Shown in pieces: positions 9,451-18,699 of a DNA stretch of 64,000 nt. Positions within the stretch are counted from its first letter, which is position 1; every line of letters starts with the position of its first letter. The position numbers and the translations under genes were made by a program. This DNA comes from Rhodoferax sp. (GTDB lineage: Bacteria; Pseudomonadota; Gammaproteobacteria; Burkholderiales; Burkholderiaceae_C). Under the pieces are notes generated by a model that did not search any database, had not been told where the DNA came from, and saw nothing but the letters and a program-made list of their open reading frames with translations. The stretch lies in contig NZ_JAXHOL010000003.1 in assembly GCF_034519335.1 (NCBI RefSeq), forward strand, positions 27,597 to 91,596, read 5' to 3'.

Positions 9451-10419
9451 ATGCGCAATTATTTGAAACTCACAATGGCCGCCATCACGGTATTGGCAAC
9501 ACTGCATGCGGCACCTGCAAGCTCTGCCGAGGCACCAGGCCCAAATGCGGGGCAAATGCCGCCAGCCACCAGCCGCGCTTTCCATGACACCTGGAAAACG
9601 GTGCCCACACAAACCATCACCGCCGATGGCATCAGCTTCGCCTACCGCGAGATGGGACAGCACAACGGCGGAACACCCGTGGTGTTTCTGGTCCACCTCG
9701 CCGCCGTGCTGGACAACTGGGACCCCCGGATCATGGACGGCATTGCGGCGAAGCACCATGTCATTGCCTTCGACTATCGCGGTGTCGGCGCATCCAGTGG
9801 GTCACCGGCGAACACCATGGAGCAAATGGCAGACGATGCCCTCACGTTCCTCAAAGCCAAAGGGCTCAAGCAGGTAGACCTCTTGGGCTTCTCGATGGGC
9901 GGCATGATCGCCCAGGAGATGGTTCTGAAGGAGCCGCAGCTGATCCGCAAAATGATTCTTGCGGGCACCGGCCCTGCCGGGGGTGAAGGCATCAGCACCG
10001 TAGCAGGCGTGGCCAACTACGACATTCTTCGGGGCCTGCTCACGGGCCAAGACCCCAAGCAATACCTGTTCTTCACCCGCACATCCCATGGCATCGACGC
10101 TGGCAAAGCCTTTTTGGCGCGATTGAATGAACGCACGGACAACCGCGACAAAGAAGTCAGCGTTGCTGCCTTCATTGCGCAGTTGCAAGCTCTGCGTGCG
10201 TGGGGCCAGAAGCAACCCGCGGATCTGTCCGTGGTCAAGCAGCCTGTGCTGGTGGTCAACGGCGACCAGGACCGCATGGTGCCTACGAGCAACACCCACG
10301 ACTTGGCGCGACGGCTTCCAAACAGCACCCTGATCATTTATCCCGACGCGGGCCACGGCGGCATCTTCCAGTTCCACGCCGACTTTGTACCCAGCGCGCT
10401 GACATTTCTTGCCCAGTAA
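9451..10419 (+). CDS. Alpha/beta hydrolase with signal peptide
   Basis: Signal-like N-terminus; VDLLGFSMGG nucleophile elbow, GDQDRMVP, YPDAGHG (Ser-Asp-His). Confidence 0.85.
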   Translation: MRNYLKLTMAAITVLATLHAAPASSAEAPGPNAGQMPPATSRAFHDTWKTVPTQTITADGISFAYREMGQHNGGTPVVFLVHLAAVLDNWDPRIMDGIAAKHHVIAFDYRGVGASSGSPANTMEQMADDALTFLKAKGLKQVDLLGFSMGGMIAQEMVLKEPQLIRKMILAGTGPAGGEGISTVAGVANYDILRGLLTGQDPKQYLFFTRTSHGIDAGKAFLARLNERTDNRDKEVSVAAFIAQLQALRAWGQKQPADLSVVKQPVLVVNGDQDRMVPTSNTHDLARRLPNSTLIIYPDAGHGGIFQFHADFVPSALTFLAQ

Positions 10420-10468
10420 CGCAAGCAGGCGCACCTCTCCAACCCATCACCCTTTACGACAACGCTTT

Positions 10469-11269
10469 ATGACACATACCCCATCTTCCAAAACCGCCCT
10501 CATTACCGGAGCCTCCTCTGGCATCGGCGCCGTCTATGCAGACCGCCTGGCCCAACGCGGATACAACCTCATCCTGGTTGCCCGACGCGCAGACCGCCTG
10601 GAAGCCCTGTGCGCGCAGCTCAGCAAGGCGCATGGCATCCAAGCCGAGGCCGTTGCGGCAGACCTGACCAACGACCAGGATGTGGCGCGCATCGAGGCGC
10701 TGCTAGCAACCCGCGCGGACGTGCAAGTGCTGGTGAACAACGCCGGGATAGCCCGCTTGGCGCCTGCGGCCCAGACATCTGCCAGCGACGCGCAGACCCA
10801 GATCGCCCTCAACATCACCGCCCTGACGCGCCTGACGCAAGCGGCCGTGCCGGCCTTCGTGGCAAAAAAGCAAGGCTTGATCATCAACATCGCATCCGTC
10901 CTTGCCGTGCACTCCATGGCCATCAGCGCCATCTACAGCGGCACCAAAGCCTATGTTTTGCAATACACCCGAGGCCTGCAGCAAGAGCTGGCCGAAACCG
11001 GTGTGCAGGTTCAACTGGTGCTGCCAGCCTCCACTGCCACCGAACTCTGGGATTTGTCGGGCGTGCCGTTGGCAGCCCTCAACAAAGACACCCTGATGAC
11101 GACCGAACACATGGTCGATGCGGCGCTGGCAGGCCTGGACCAGGGCGAAACCATTACCTGGCCATCGGTTGCCGATGCGAGCCTGTGGGACAAGTACGAC
11201 GCCGCCCGCGCCGAACTGTTTGCCAACACCCAAGCTGGCAAGCCGGCCCCCCGATACCAGATTGCTTGA
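10469..11269 (+). CDS. Short-chain dehydrogenase/reductase
   Basis: ALITGASSGIG, LVNNAG, YSGTK. Confidence 0.88.
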   Translation: MTHTPSSKTALITGASSGIGAVYADRLAQRGYNLILVARRADRLEALCAQLSKAHGIQAEAVAADLTNDQDVARIEALLATRADVQVLVNNAGIARLAPAAQTSASDAQTQIALNITALTRLTQAAVPAFVAKKQGLIINIASVLAVHSMAISAIYSGTKAYVLQYTRGLQQELAETGVQVQLVLPASTATELWDLSGVPLAALNKDTLMTTEHMVDAALAGLDQGETITWPSVADASLWDKYDAARAELFANTQAGKPAPRYQIA

Positions 11270-11334
11270 TTCCGACGCACTGAGCAACGCAACTCAGCCC
11301 GTCTTCTGCACTTCCATTTTTAAATGGTCACCCC

Positions 11335-12408
11335 ATGCTTTTCGATTCATTCCAACTTCGCGCCACCCCACTCAGCAACCGCATCGTGATGTCGCCCCTC
11401 ACACGCAGCCGCGCCATCGACAACACCGCCAACAGCCTGATGGCCACCTACTACGCCCAACGCGCAAGCGCCGGCCTCCTCATCACGGAAGGCACCTCGC
11501 CCTCCCCCAACGGCTTGGGCTATGCCCGGATTCCGGGTCTGTTCAATGACGCCCAGATGCAAGGCTGGAAGCTGGTGACCGACGCGGTGCACGCCAAGGG
11601 CGGCAAGATCGTGGTGCAACTGATGCATACCGGCCGCGTGTCCCACCAGGCCAACCTGCCTGCGGGTGCCGAGGTGTTGGGGCCTTCGCCCGAAACCTGC
11701 CCCGGCGAGATGTGGACCGACACGCAAGGCAGCCAAGCGCACACGCCACCGCGCGCCATGACAGAGGCCGACATCCAGGCCGTGGTGAGCGAGTACGCCA
11801 ACGCCGCGCGCCTGGCCATGCAGGCGGGCTTTGACGGTATCGAATTGCATGCGGCCAATGGCTACCTGCTGGAGCAGTTCCTGAATGCCAACATCAACCG
11901 CCGCACCGATGGCTACGGTGGCACAGCGGAAGGCCGCAACCGATTGGTGCTGGAAGTCGCCCGCGCTGCCGCAAAAGAAATCGGCGCAGAGCGCGTAGGC
12001 ATCCGCCTCTCCCCCCACGGCGTGGTCAACGCCGCGGGTGCATTCGATGGCGTAGACGAACAGTACCTGGCACTGGTGCAGCAACTTTCCGCACTCGGCC
12101 TAATGTATGTGCACGTGCTGGACCATTCGGCCTTGGGAGCCCCGCCGGTTCCGGCCACGCTGAAGGCGGATCTGCGGGCCGCGTTCAACGGCCCCTTCAT
12201 CCTGGCCGGTGGACTCGACAAAGCCAGCGCAGAGCAGGCCCTGAGTGAAGGCCGCGCAGACCTGACGGCCATGGGCCGGCCCTTCATTGCCAACCCTGAT
12301 TTGGTGGAGCGCCTGCGCCAAGACGCCGCGTTGAATGCGCCAAACCCCGCCACCTTCTACACGCCCGGTTCCGAGGGCTACACGGACTACCTGACGCTGG
12401 CCGCCTGA
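11335..12408 (+). CDS. Alkene reductase (old yellow enzyme, NemA/XenB-like)
   Basis: NRIVMSPLTRSR, GLLITEG, GFDGIELHAANGYLLEQFL, GRPFIANPDLVER. Confidence 0.9.
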   Translation: MLFDSFQLRATPLSNRIVMSPLTRSRAIDNTANSLMATYYAQRASAGLLITEGTSPSPNGLGYARIPGLFNDAQMQGWKLVTDAVHAKGGKIVVQLMHTGRVSHQANLPAGAEVLGPSPETCPGEMWTDTQGSQAHTPPRAMTEADIQAVVSEYANAARLAMQAGFDGIELHAANGYLLEQFLNANINRRTDGYGGTAEGRNRLVLEVARAAAKEIGAERVGIRLSPHGVVNAAGAFDGVDEQYLALVQQLSALGLMYVHVLDHSALGAPPVPATLKADLRAAFNGPFILAGGLDKASAEQALSEGRADLTAMGRPFIANPDLVERLRQDAALNAPNPATFYTPGSEGYTDYLTLAA

Positions 12409-12490
12409 ACATCAAGACGCGCACAGCACTCGCGGTTGTCTGAAGCATCGACAACCGCGCCCTCAACCACAAACCATCAGGATTTTTTTC

Positions 12491-13303
12491 ATGAAAACAA
12501 ATAAACGCGTTGCGCTCGTTACTGGCGCTTCCTCAGGCATCGGTGAAGCCACCGCCAACAAACTCGTCGCCGCGGGCTACAAGGTCTATGGCACAAGCCG
12601 GCGCGGCGCGCAGGCGGGCCACGGTGCCATGACCATGCTGGCGATGGATGTGACAGACGACGCCTCGGTCCAGGCCGCTGTCGATACGCTGCTGCAACAC
12701 GAAGGACGCATCGATCTGCTGGTGAACAATGCGGGCTTTGGTTTTGGCCCGGCCGCCGCGGAAGAGAGTTCGATCGCACAGGTGCGGGCGATGTTCGAGA
12801 CCAATGTGTTCGGCGTGGTGCGGGTCAGCAATGCAGTCTTGCCCACCATGCGCAAGCAGGGCAGCGGCCGCATCCTGAACGTGGGCTCCGGGCTGGGCAT
12901 CATCCCGGCGCCCTTCAACGCCCATTACTCGGCCACCAAACACGCCATCGAGGGCTACTCCGAATCGCTCGATCACGAAGTGCGCGGCTTCGGCATACGC
13001 GTCGCGGTGATTCAACCGGGCGTGACCCGCACCGCATTCGACGCCAGCGTGACACCCGCCGATCAGCCCCTGGCCGCCTACGACGCCAGTCGCAAAAAGT
13101 ACCTCGTCGCATTCGAGGTTGCAATGCGTGCCGCAGATAGTGCCGACAGCGTGGCGGACACCATCGTGCTGGCCGCTGACGACCAGACGCCGCTGCTGCG
13201 CTACCCCTCCGGCAAGGTCGCGCGCCAGGGCGCGTTCGCCCGCCGCTTTCTGCCGCGCGGCTTCTTTGACAAGGTGCTGCACAAGCAATTCGGATTAGGC
13301 TAA
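12491..13303 (+). CDS. Short-chain dehydrogenase/reductase
   Basis: ALVTGASSGIG, LLVNNAG, YSATK, SLDHEVRGFGIRV. Confidence 0.88.
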   Translation: MKTNKRVALVTGASSGIGEATANKLVAAGYKVYGTSRRGAQAGHGAMTMLAMDVTDDASVQAAVDTLLQHEGRIDLLVNNAGFGFGPAAAEESSIAQVRAMFETNVFGVVRVSNAVLPTMRKQGSGRILNVGSGLGIIPAPFNAHYSATKHAIEGYSESLDHEVRGFGIRVAVIQPGVTRTAFDASVTPADQPLAAYDASRKKYLVAFEVAMRAADSADSVADTIVLAADDQTPLLRYPSGKVARQGAFARRFLPRGFFDKVLHKQFGLG

Positions 13304-13700
13304 GGCAAAGGGAGGCTGGGGGCGTGGGGCGGGGGGGTGGGTAGGGGGGGGAGGAGGGGGGGGGTGGGGGGGGGGGTGGGGGGAGAGTAGGGAGGGTAGA
13401 GAGGGGGGGGGGAAAAAAAGGGGAGAGAGCAGCGGGGAGTGAGGGGGTAAAGGGGGGGGAGAGTAGAAGGGGGGGGAAAGAGGGGGGGGGGAGGAGGGGA
13501 GGAGGGGAGAAAGGGGGGGGGGGGGGGGATGGGGAGAAATGGGGGGGGGGAGGGAAACAAAAAGAGAGGAGGGGCAGCGGGGGGGGGGGAAGAAAGAGGA
13601 GGGGAGGGAGAGGGAGGGGGGGGGGTGGAAGGGGGGGAGCTGGGGGGGGGAAGGCCGGGATGGGGGAGGTGGGGGAAGAAAAAAATGAAGTTAAGGGGAG
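13304..13700 (+). other. G/A-rich low-complexity tract, probable sequencing artefact
   Basis: About 400 nt almost devoid of C/T, irregular G runs with no period; starts right after a stop codon; adjacent genes are frameshifted. Confidence 0.7.
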
Positions 13701-13765
13701 CAGAGGGTACCGCACCAAGCGCCTGCGAGCCTCAGGCCTCCAGCGTGGGTATGCAAAGCCAAAAT

Positions 13766-13830
13766 GCTATGGAATAGGTAGCTGCTCGCGCATACTTCCA
13801 TAAGGGCTAGAGGCCTATTTGACTACTATT
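13766..13830 (+). repeat. REP-like intergenic repeat, copy 2
   Basis: GCTATGGAATAGGTAGCTGCTCGCGCATACTTCCATAAGGGCTAGAGGCCTATTTGAC. Confidence 0.7.
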
Positions 13831-14260
13831 TAGCGCCTATTTTGCATTTGCAGCGGGCCTGCCCAGCGCCCCTGTGGACGCGGCTTGGAGCAAGCGCTGG
13901 AACGATGGGCAGGCCATGTGGCTGGCGGCCGGGCACTTGGCGGCGTGGCGCAAACTGGTCGCTCGTGGCCTGTAGCCGGGTCACCATGGCGTCGATCTGG
14001 TCCGCCTTGGCGGCGAGCATGGCCCGGTCAATGCTCGGCGCTGTCGTCGGTGAAAACATCTGCGCAATCTCATCCAGCGTAAAGCCCCGCCGCCTGCCCC
14101 AGCGACACCAGGGCCAGCTGCTCCAGCACGTTCGGTGCAAGCGTAAACCGCCGCCGCAAACCCTGCCGGCCTATCGACGCGCGATCAGCCCGCGCTCTTC
14201 GTAGTAGCGCAGGGTCGATGCGGGCAAGCCCGAGCGCTTGGAAACTTCTGAAATATCCAT
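13826..14260 (-). pseudogene. MerR-family regulator, frameshifted (real or sequencing error)
   Basis: MDISEVSKRSGLPASTLRYYEERGLI HTH in one frame; FTLDEIAQMF...MLAAKADQIDAMVTRLQA dimerisation helix in another. Confidence 0.75.
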
Positions 14261-14274
14261 AGTGAAAAAATGTC

Positions 14275-14305
14275 TTGACCTCAAGTTGACTTGAGTTTGC
14301 ATACT
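14275..14305 (+). promoter_or_regulatory. MerR-type promoter with SoxR-box-like dyad
   Basis: TTGACC (14275-14280), 19 bp spacer, CATACT (14300-14305); dyad CTCAAG-TTGA-CTTGAG at 14280-14295. Confidence 0.8.
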
Positions 14306-14344
14306 GCTTTCAGACCGACAACTTGTCAACGTGAAAGGCACCCC

Positions 14345-14877
14345 ATGACACTCTGGATCGACACACTTGCACCCGCAGCCGCCATCGGCCTTGGCGCCAC
14401 CGCGGTGATGGACCTGTGGCAGCTGCTGCTTCAAGGCGCTGGGCATTCCCACCCTCAACTTTGCGCTGCTGGGCCGCTGGGTGGGCCATATGCCGCGGGG
14501 CCAACGGCCCACGCCTCCATCGCGCGAGCCACACCCGTGCCCATGGAGCGGGCGCTGGGCTGGGCCGCCCATTACGCCACTGGCTCGGTGTTTGCTGCCG
14601 CGCTGGAGGACTGGTTCAAGGCCCAGGATTGAGCAGTCTGGCCTACCAGGGCCACGCCTGGCTACAGGCCCCCACACTAGCGCCGGCACTGTGGTTTGGC
14701 CTGGGCACCGCCGTGTTTCCGCTGTTCGTCATGCAGCCCGCCATGGGCGCAGGATTTGCCTCATCGCGGACCCCTAACCCGCTGAAAAACTGCACCAAGA
14801 GCCTCGCCAACCACCTGGCGTTTGGGTGCGGGCTGTATGTCGCAGCGCTTGCTGTGTCTTCCCTCGCCTGGGTCTGA
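14345..14877 (+). pseudogene. DUF2938-like membrane protein, multiple frameshifts
   Basis: IGLGATAVMDLW; LLGRWVGHM; ERALGWAAHYATG; FPLFVMQPAMGAGFASSRTPNP...SLANH spread over three frames. Confidence 0.7.
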
Positions 14878-14916
14878 ACCTGGGCTTTCTTTTACCAACC
14901 GTTTGGAGCTATTGCT

Positions 14917-15165
14917 ATGAAAAAAATCCCCGCACGTTTCGCCCCCGCTTTGTTCGGCCTCATCCTCTCCGGCCTCATGTCCTGGGTGGTGTCCGGCATC
15001 TCCACCTTCCGGGCGTCCGGCCCCGGTGCACACTTTCTGGACCTGTGGATAGGCGCCTGGCTCATGGCGTGGCTGGTTGCGTTCCCCGTGGTGCTGGTCA
15101 TCGCCCCCTTCACCCGGCGCATCGTCCAACGCCTGGTGGCCAGTGCGCCACAAGCCCAGCGCTAA
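14917..15165 (+). CDS. DUF2798-like small membrane protein
   Basis: LSGLMSWVVSGI...WIGAWLMAWLVAFPVVLVIAP pattern. Confidence 0.7.
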   Translation: MKKIPARFAPALFGLILSGLMSWVVSGISTFRASGPGAHFLDLWIGAWLMAWLVAFPVVLVIAPFTRRIVQRLVASAPQAQR

Positions 15166-15211
15166 CGCGAAGCGCAAGACCCGCGCCTCATGGCTTGGTG
15201 CGGGTCAAATT

Positions 15212-15249
15212 GCTACTTTATTGATAGCTGTTTGCGCAATATCTAGTGC
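15212..15249 (+). repeat. REP-like repeat, copy 3 (truncated)
   Basis: GCTACTTTATTGATAGCTGTTTGCGCAATATCTAG, nearly identical to 5' half of copy 5. Confidence 0.65.
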
Positions 15250-15411
15250 CTCCTTGAGTCACCGCCGCCGAGAAGACGGAGATGCGGGCCGGGCGGCAAC
15301 AGGAGTTCGTGGGGGGTTAGGTTAAGGCGTGCATTCGCGCTAGTTTTATTAGTTAAGCGACATCATCCAATCGTCAAAATTTATTATCCAGAGATCTCGC
15401 ACAACGATTGC

Positions 15412-16899
15412 TCAAGCCTGCTTACCGCCATGCAAAGGAATTCCATGCTTAAAAATCGGCCTTTGCACAACAGCGCGAAGTAGGTTGGCACCTAGCATAT
15501 AGGCGTATAGGCTAGCTGGACGAAAAGCGAAATCCACACCTTTATATTTAACATCCTCATCCGCGACCGTCTTAGATGTAATCAAAATTGGTTGTCCAAT
15601 TTTTGGATTTCGCCCAACAAATTCCACACAATTATCTAGCTCTGCGCGTGCTTTATATGGACGATCACTCCACTTAACTTCGACAGCCCAAGTCGGTTTC
15701 TGCTCACTCCCGCTGAGATGAACAATATCTATTTCACCCGAGTTCCATCTCGCATAGTAAAGCTCGGTTAATTTACTATGTTGCCACTGACTATAGATCG
15801 CAGTCTCTGTCAATGCACCCATTGCTTCCGAGTCTGCTTCAATCTGACCAAATAGCGCAGCGCGCATAGAGGGATTTGTTAGGTATACCTTAAAGCACAT
15901 CGCCCGCTTAAACTTTTTAGCGGTTTGATCGATTCGTTCAACGCGTCGAATCAAAAATGCAGCCTCAAGGTATTCAAGATACCGACGGATAGTATTTTTT
16001 GCAACACCCGATGATTGAGAAAGAGCCTCAAGGCTGACCTCATTTCCGGAGTTGTAGGCAAGCGTGGTGAATAATCGATTAAGCTCTTGTATATCACTAA
16101 TTCCGTACAGACTAGGAAGGTCGCGCAGCAAGACCTTGTCGATAATATCGCTCTTAATGTACTGACCAGGATCTCGTCGAATCGTCTCAGAAAAGACCGC
16201 CTCAGGATAGCCGCCAAAATTGAGGTAATTTACAAATTCCTCATTCAGCTGATCGATATTTTTGGCAGCATAATCAAAACTTCCCATCTCATCACTAGAA
16301 GTCGGAGTAGTACTAACAAGCTCCTCCTCTCTCCCAATAAACATTAAATACTCAGCAAATGTTAAAGGCGGCAATACATAGTCACTAAATCTTCCTGCAC
16401 CTGATTCGTTGCTTTTTAATCGCAAAGCAGCTGCAGCTGATCCAGTAACAGCAAAGCGATAGTCTGGATATGAATCAACTAAAGATTTAAGATGAATCTC
16501 CCAGTCCCGTAAATACTGAATTTCGTCAAAAAAGACAAAGAGATTCGAATCACGTTTATGAGAAAATAATTCTTGAAAGTACGCCAAAATTCGCTCTAAC
16601 GAGAGTCCCGTATAAATTGGCGTTTCCAAAGAGATATATAAGATATTGGAAGCATCGACCCCTGTATCTAGCAGAGCTCGAATACTGTGGTAAACCATCA
16701 CAGTTTTTCCAACTCGCCTCGGCCCCATCAGTACTACAGCTCGTCGTACAGTAGCGTCTGCGACAGCCCGATGAAATAGTTCAAAATACTTTCGACGCGG
16801 TGTACCCTCATAGGCTACTTTGCCACTACGACCATCTGACCACCAAGGGTTGTCAAACTGGAGCCGGGAAACGATGTCTTTCTTTGCTATCTCAAGCAT
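15412..16899 (-). CDS. AAA+ ATPase (AAA_14) with C-terminal DUF4143 / PD-(D/E)XK-like domain; AT-rich
   Basis: Walker A GPRRVGKT, Walker B FVFFDEIQ, VTGS, GGYPE, EIDIV...AVEVK; visibly lower GC than neighbours. Confidence 0.85.
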   Translation of the reverse strand: MLEIAKKDIVSRLQFDNPWWSDGRSGKVAYEGTPRRKYFELFHRAVADATVRRAVVLMGPRRVGKTVMVYHSIRALLDTGVDASNILYISLETPIYTGLSLERILAYFQELFSHKRDSNLFVFFDEIQYLRDWEIHLKSLVDSYPDYRFAVTGSAAAALRLKSNESGAGRFSDYVLPPLTFAEYLMFIGREEELVSTTPTSSDEMGSFDYAAKNIDQLNEEFVNYLNFGGYPEAVFSETIRRDPGQYIKSDIIDKVLLRDLPSLYGISDIQELNRLFTTLAYNSGNEVSLEALSQSSGVAKNTIRRYLEYLEAAFLIRRVERIDQTAKKFKRAMCFKVYLTNPSMRAALFGQIEADSEAMGALTETAIYSQWQHSKLTELYYARWNSGEIDIVHLSGSEQKPTWAVEVKWSDRPYKARAELDNCVEFVGRNPKIGQPILITSKTVADEDVKYKGVDFAFRPASLYAYMLGANLLRAVVQRPIFKHGIPLHGGKQA

Positions 16900-16910
16900 A
16901 CAAATCCAAT

Positions 16911-16973
16911 CAAGATTAACTGACTGATCTTAGTTTACATCAATTTTCAAACAAGATTAATGCCATGATCTTA
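16911..16973. promoter_or_regulatory. Two tandem 22-bp palindromic boxes upstream of the AAA+ gene
   Basis: CAAGATTAACTGACTGATCTTA (16911-16932) and CAAGATTAATGCCATGATCTTA (16952-16973). Confidence 0.6.
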
Positions 16974-17144
16974 ATGCGGCTTAAGATCTATCGTCGATCG
17001 TATCGAGCTGATGACGCCCAGCTTGCCTAATTTGGTCCCCGGCCGCCCTTGAAGCAACGCCACAATATCTCTTCAGCATTGATGCCTCAACAAACTGCCA
17101 CTGGCATGCAAATCTGAAAAACTCAATGCACCGAGTAACTGGCT

Positions 17145-17199
17145 GCTATCTAATCCATAGCTTCTCGCGCAATATCCACGGGGACTAGCAGCCCATTTA
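17145..17199 (+). repeat. REP-like repeat, copy 4
   Basis: GCTATCTAATCCATAGCTTCTCGCGCAATATCCACGGGACTAGCAGCC. Confidence 0.7.
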
Positions 17200-18198
17200 C
17201 CGCCCAAACATCCCCCGATAGTCCCGCGGTGACAGCCCCAGCTGTTGCTGAAAATGGTGCCGCAGCGCCTGCAGGCTGCCCAGCCCCACTTCGGTGGCGA
17301 TGCGCTCTACCGACAGCGCGCTGCCTTCCAGCAGGCGCTTGGCCTGCTCTACGCGTTCGGCCACCACCCATTGGCCGGGGGATTGGCCGGTCAGGTCCGC
17401 AAAGCGGCGCAGAAAGGTGCGCGGGCTCATGGCGACGCGGCTGGCCATGTGGTCCACTGTCCACGGCGCTTGCAAATCGCTGCGCACGGCCTCCAGCAAC
17501 TTCACCAGGCGTTGGTCGCCGTCTTGCGGCACGGGGCGCTCGATGAACTGGGCCTGGCCGCCGCTGCGGTGTGGCGGCATGACCAGGCGGCGCGCCACGC
17601 TGTTGGCGGCGTCCACCCCAAAGTCGCTGCGCACGATGTGCAGCATCAGGTCCATGCCTGCGGCGCTGCCGGCCGAGGTGTAGACGCGGTCGCCCTGCGC
17701 ATAGAGCACGCTGGCGTCCACCTCCACACTGGGGTGCCGCGCCTGCAGCGCCTTGGCGTAGCGCCAGTGGGTGGCGGCGCGCTTGCCGTCCAGCAGGCCG
17801 GTGGCCGCCAACACAAAGGCACCGGAGCAGATGGACGCCAGCCGCGCTCCGCGCTGCCAGGCTGCGCGCAAGCGCTGGCTGAGTTCGTCCGGCACGGGAA
17901 CCTGCGCGCCCTTCCACCCTGCCATGACGATGAGGTCGGCCTGCTCCAGCAGGCTGGCGTCGCCATCGCAGCTGACGCGCAGGCCGCCGTGGGCACGCAG
18001 CGGGCCGGGCTCGATGGCGGCACTGGCGAAGCGGTACCAGTCCGGCCCCATCTCGGGCCGATGCAATCCAAAGATCTCGGCGACGATGGAGAACTCAAAG
18101 GTACACAGCCCGTCGTACACGGGCGCCACCACCAGGGGGCCGGTGGTGGACGAAGGTGAGGTCGGCGCGGTTTGCGAGTTTGGCGTGTTTTTTGTCAT
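17197..18198 (-). CDS. ftrA: FtrA/GlxA-type AraC regulator with DJ-1/PfpI domain
   Basis: YDGLCTFEF, ASICSGAFVLAATGLLDG, TSAGSAAGMD, RRLVMPPHRSGGQAQF, C-terminal double HTH. Confidence 0.8.
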   Translation of the reverse strand: MTKNTPNSQTAPTSPSSTTGPLVVAPVYDGLCTFEFSIVAEIFGLHRPEMGPDWYRFASAAIEPGPLRAHGGLRVSCDGDASLLEQADLIVMAGWKGAQVPVPDELSQRLRAAWQRGARLASICSGAFVLAATGLLDGKRAATHWRYAKALQARHPSVEVDASVLYAQGDRVYTSAGSAAGMDLMLHIVRSDFGVDAANSVARRLVMPPHRSGGQAQFIERPVPQDGDQRLVKLLEAVRSDLQAPWTVDHMASRVAMSPRTFLRRFADLTGQSPGQWVVAERVEQAKRLLEGSALSVERIATEVGLGSLQALRHHFQQQLGLSPRDYRGMFGR

Positions 18199-18277
18199 AA
18201 ATGGCTTTTACGCCAATTGTAGAAACACGCCTGCGCCAACACCATAGAGGCATCAACCACCCACCGGAGAAACCCAG

Positions 18278-18676
18278 ATGCCCACCGCAGTCACCGCCAT
18301 CCCCGCCGCCCCGTCCGCCCTGGCCGAAGCGCACTTTGCCGCCGAATTCACCTTCGAGGCCGACTGCTGGGACACGCACGATGCGCTGGCCCAGGGCGCC
18401 GACTTTGTGCTGCTGGACGTGCGCTCCCCCGCCTTGTTTGCGCGCGGCCATGTGCCCGGCGCCATCAACCTGCCGCACGGCAAGATCGTGGCCAGCAAGA
18501 TGGCCCAGTGGCCGGCCGACACCCTGTTTGTGACCTACTGCGCGGGCCCCCACTGCAACGGCGCCGCCCGTGGCGCGCTGGGGCTGGCGCGGCTGGGCCG
18601 GCCCGTGAAGATCATGGCCGGTGGCATTACCGGCTGGCTGGATGAGGGCTTTGAATTGGCAACGGGCGAGGCCTGA
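18278..18676 (+). CDS. Rhodanese-like domain protein
   Basis: LLDVRS, GHVPGAINLP, YCAGPHCNG; divergent from ftrA as usual. Confidence 0.85.
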   Translation: MPTAVTAIPAAPSALAEAHFAAEFTFEADCWDTHDALAQGADFVLLDVRSPALFARGHVPGAINLPHGKIVASKMAQWPADTLFVTYCAGPHCNGAARGALGLARLGRPVKIMAGGITGWLDEGFELATGEA

Positions 18677-18699
18677 CAGCAGCCAGCCCCGCCCGAAAC

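Noticed and set aside
12915-13777. Proline-rich 267-aa ORF (-) and Gly-rich ORF (+)
   Set aside because: Both are translations of the poly-G tract, not genes.
15158-15360. Integron attC sites around the AAA+ gene
   Set aside because: GCTAAC and GTTAGG/GTTAAG words occur but not as a paired RYYYAAC...GTTRRRY with inner L boxes; no integrase.
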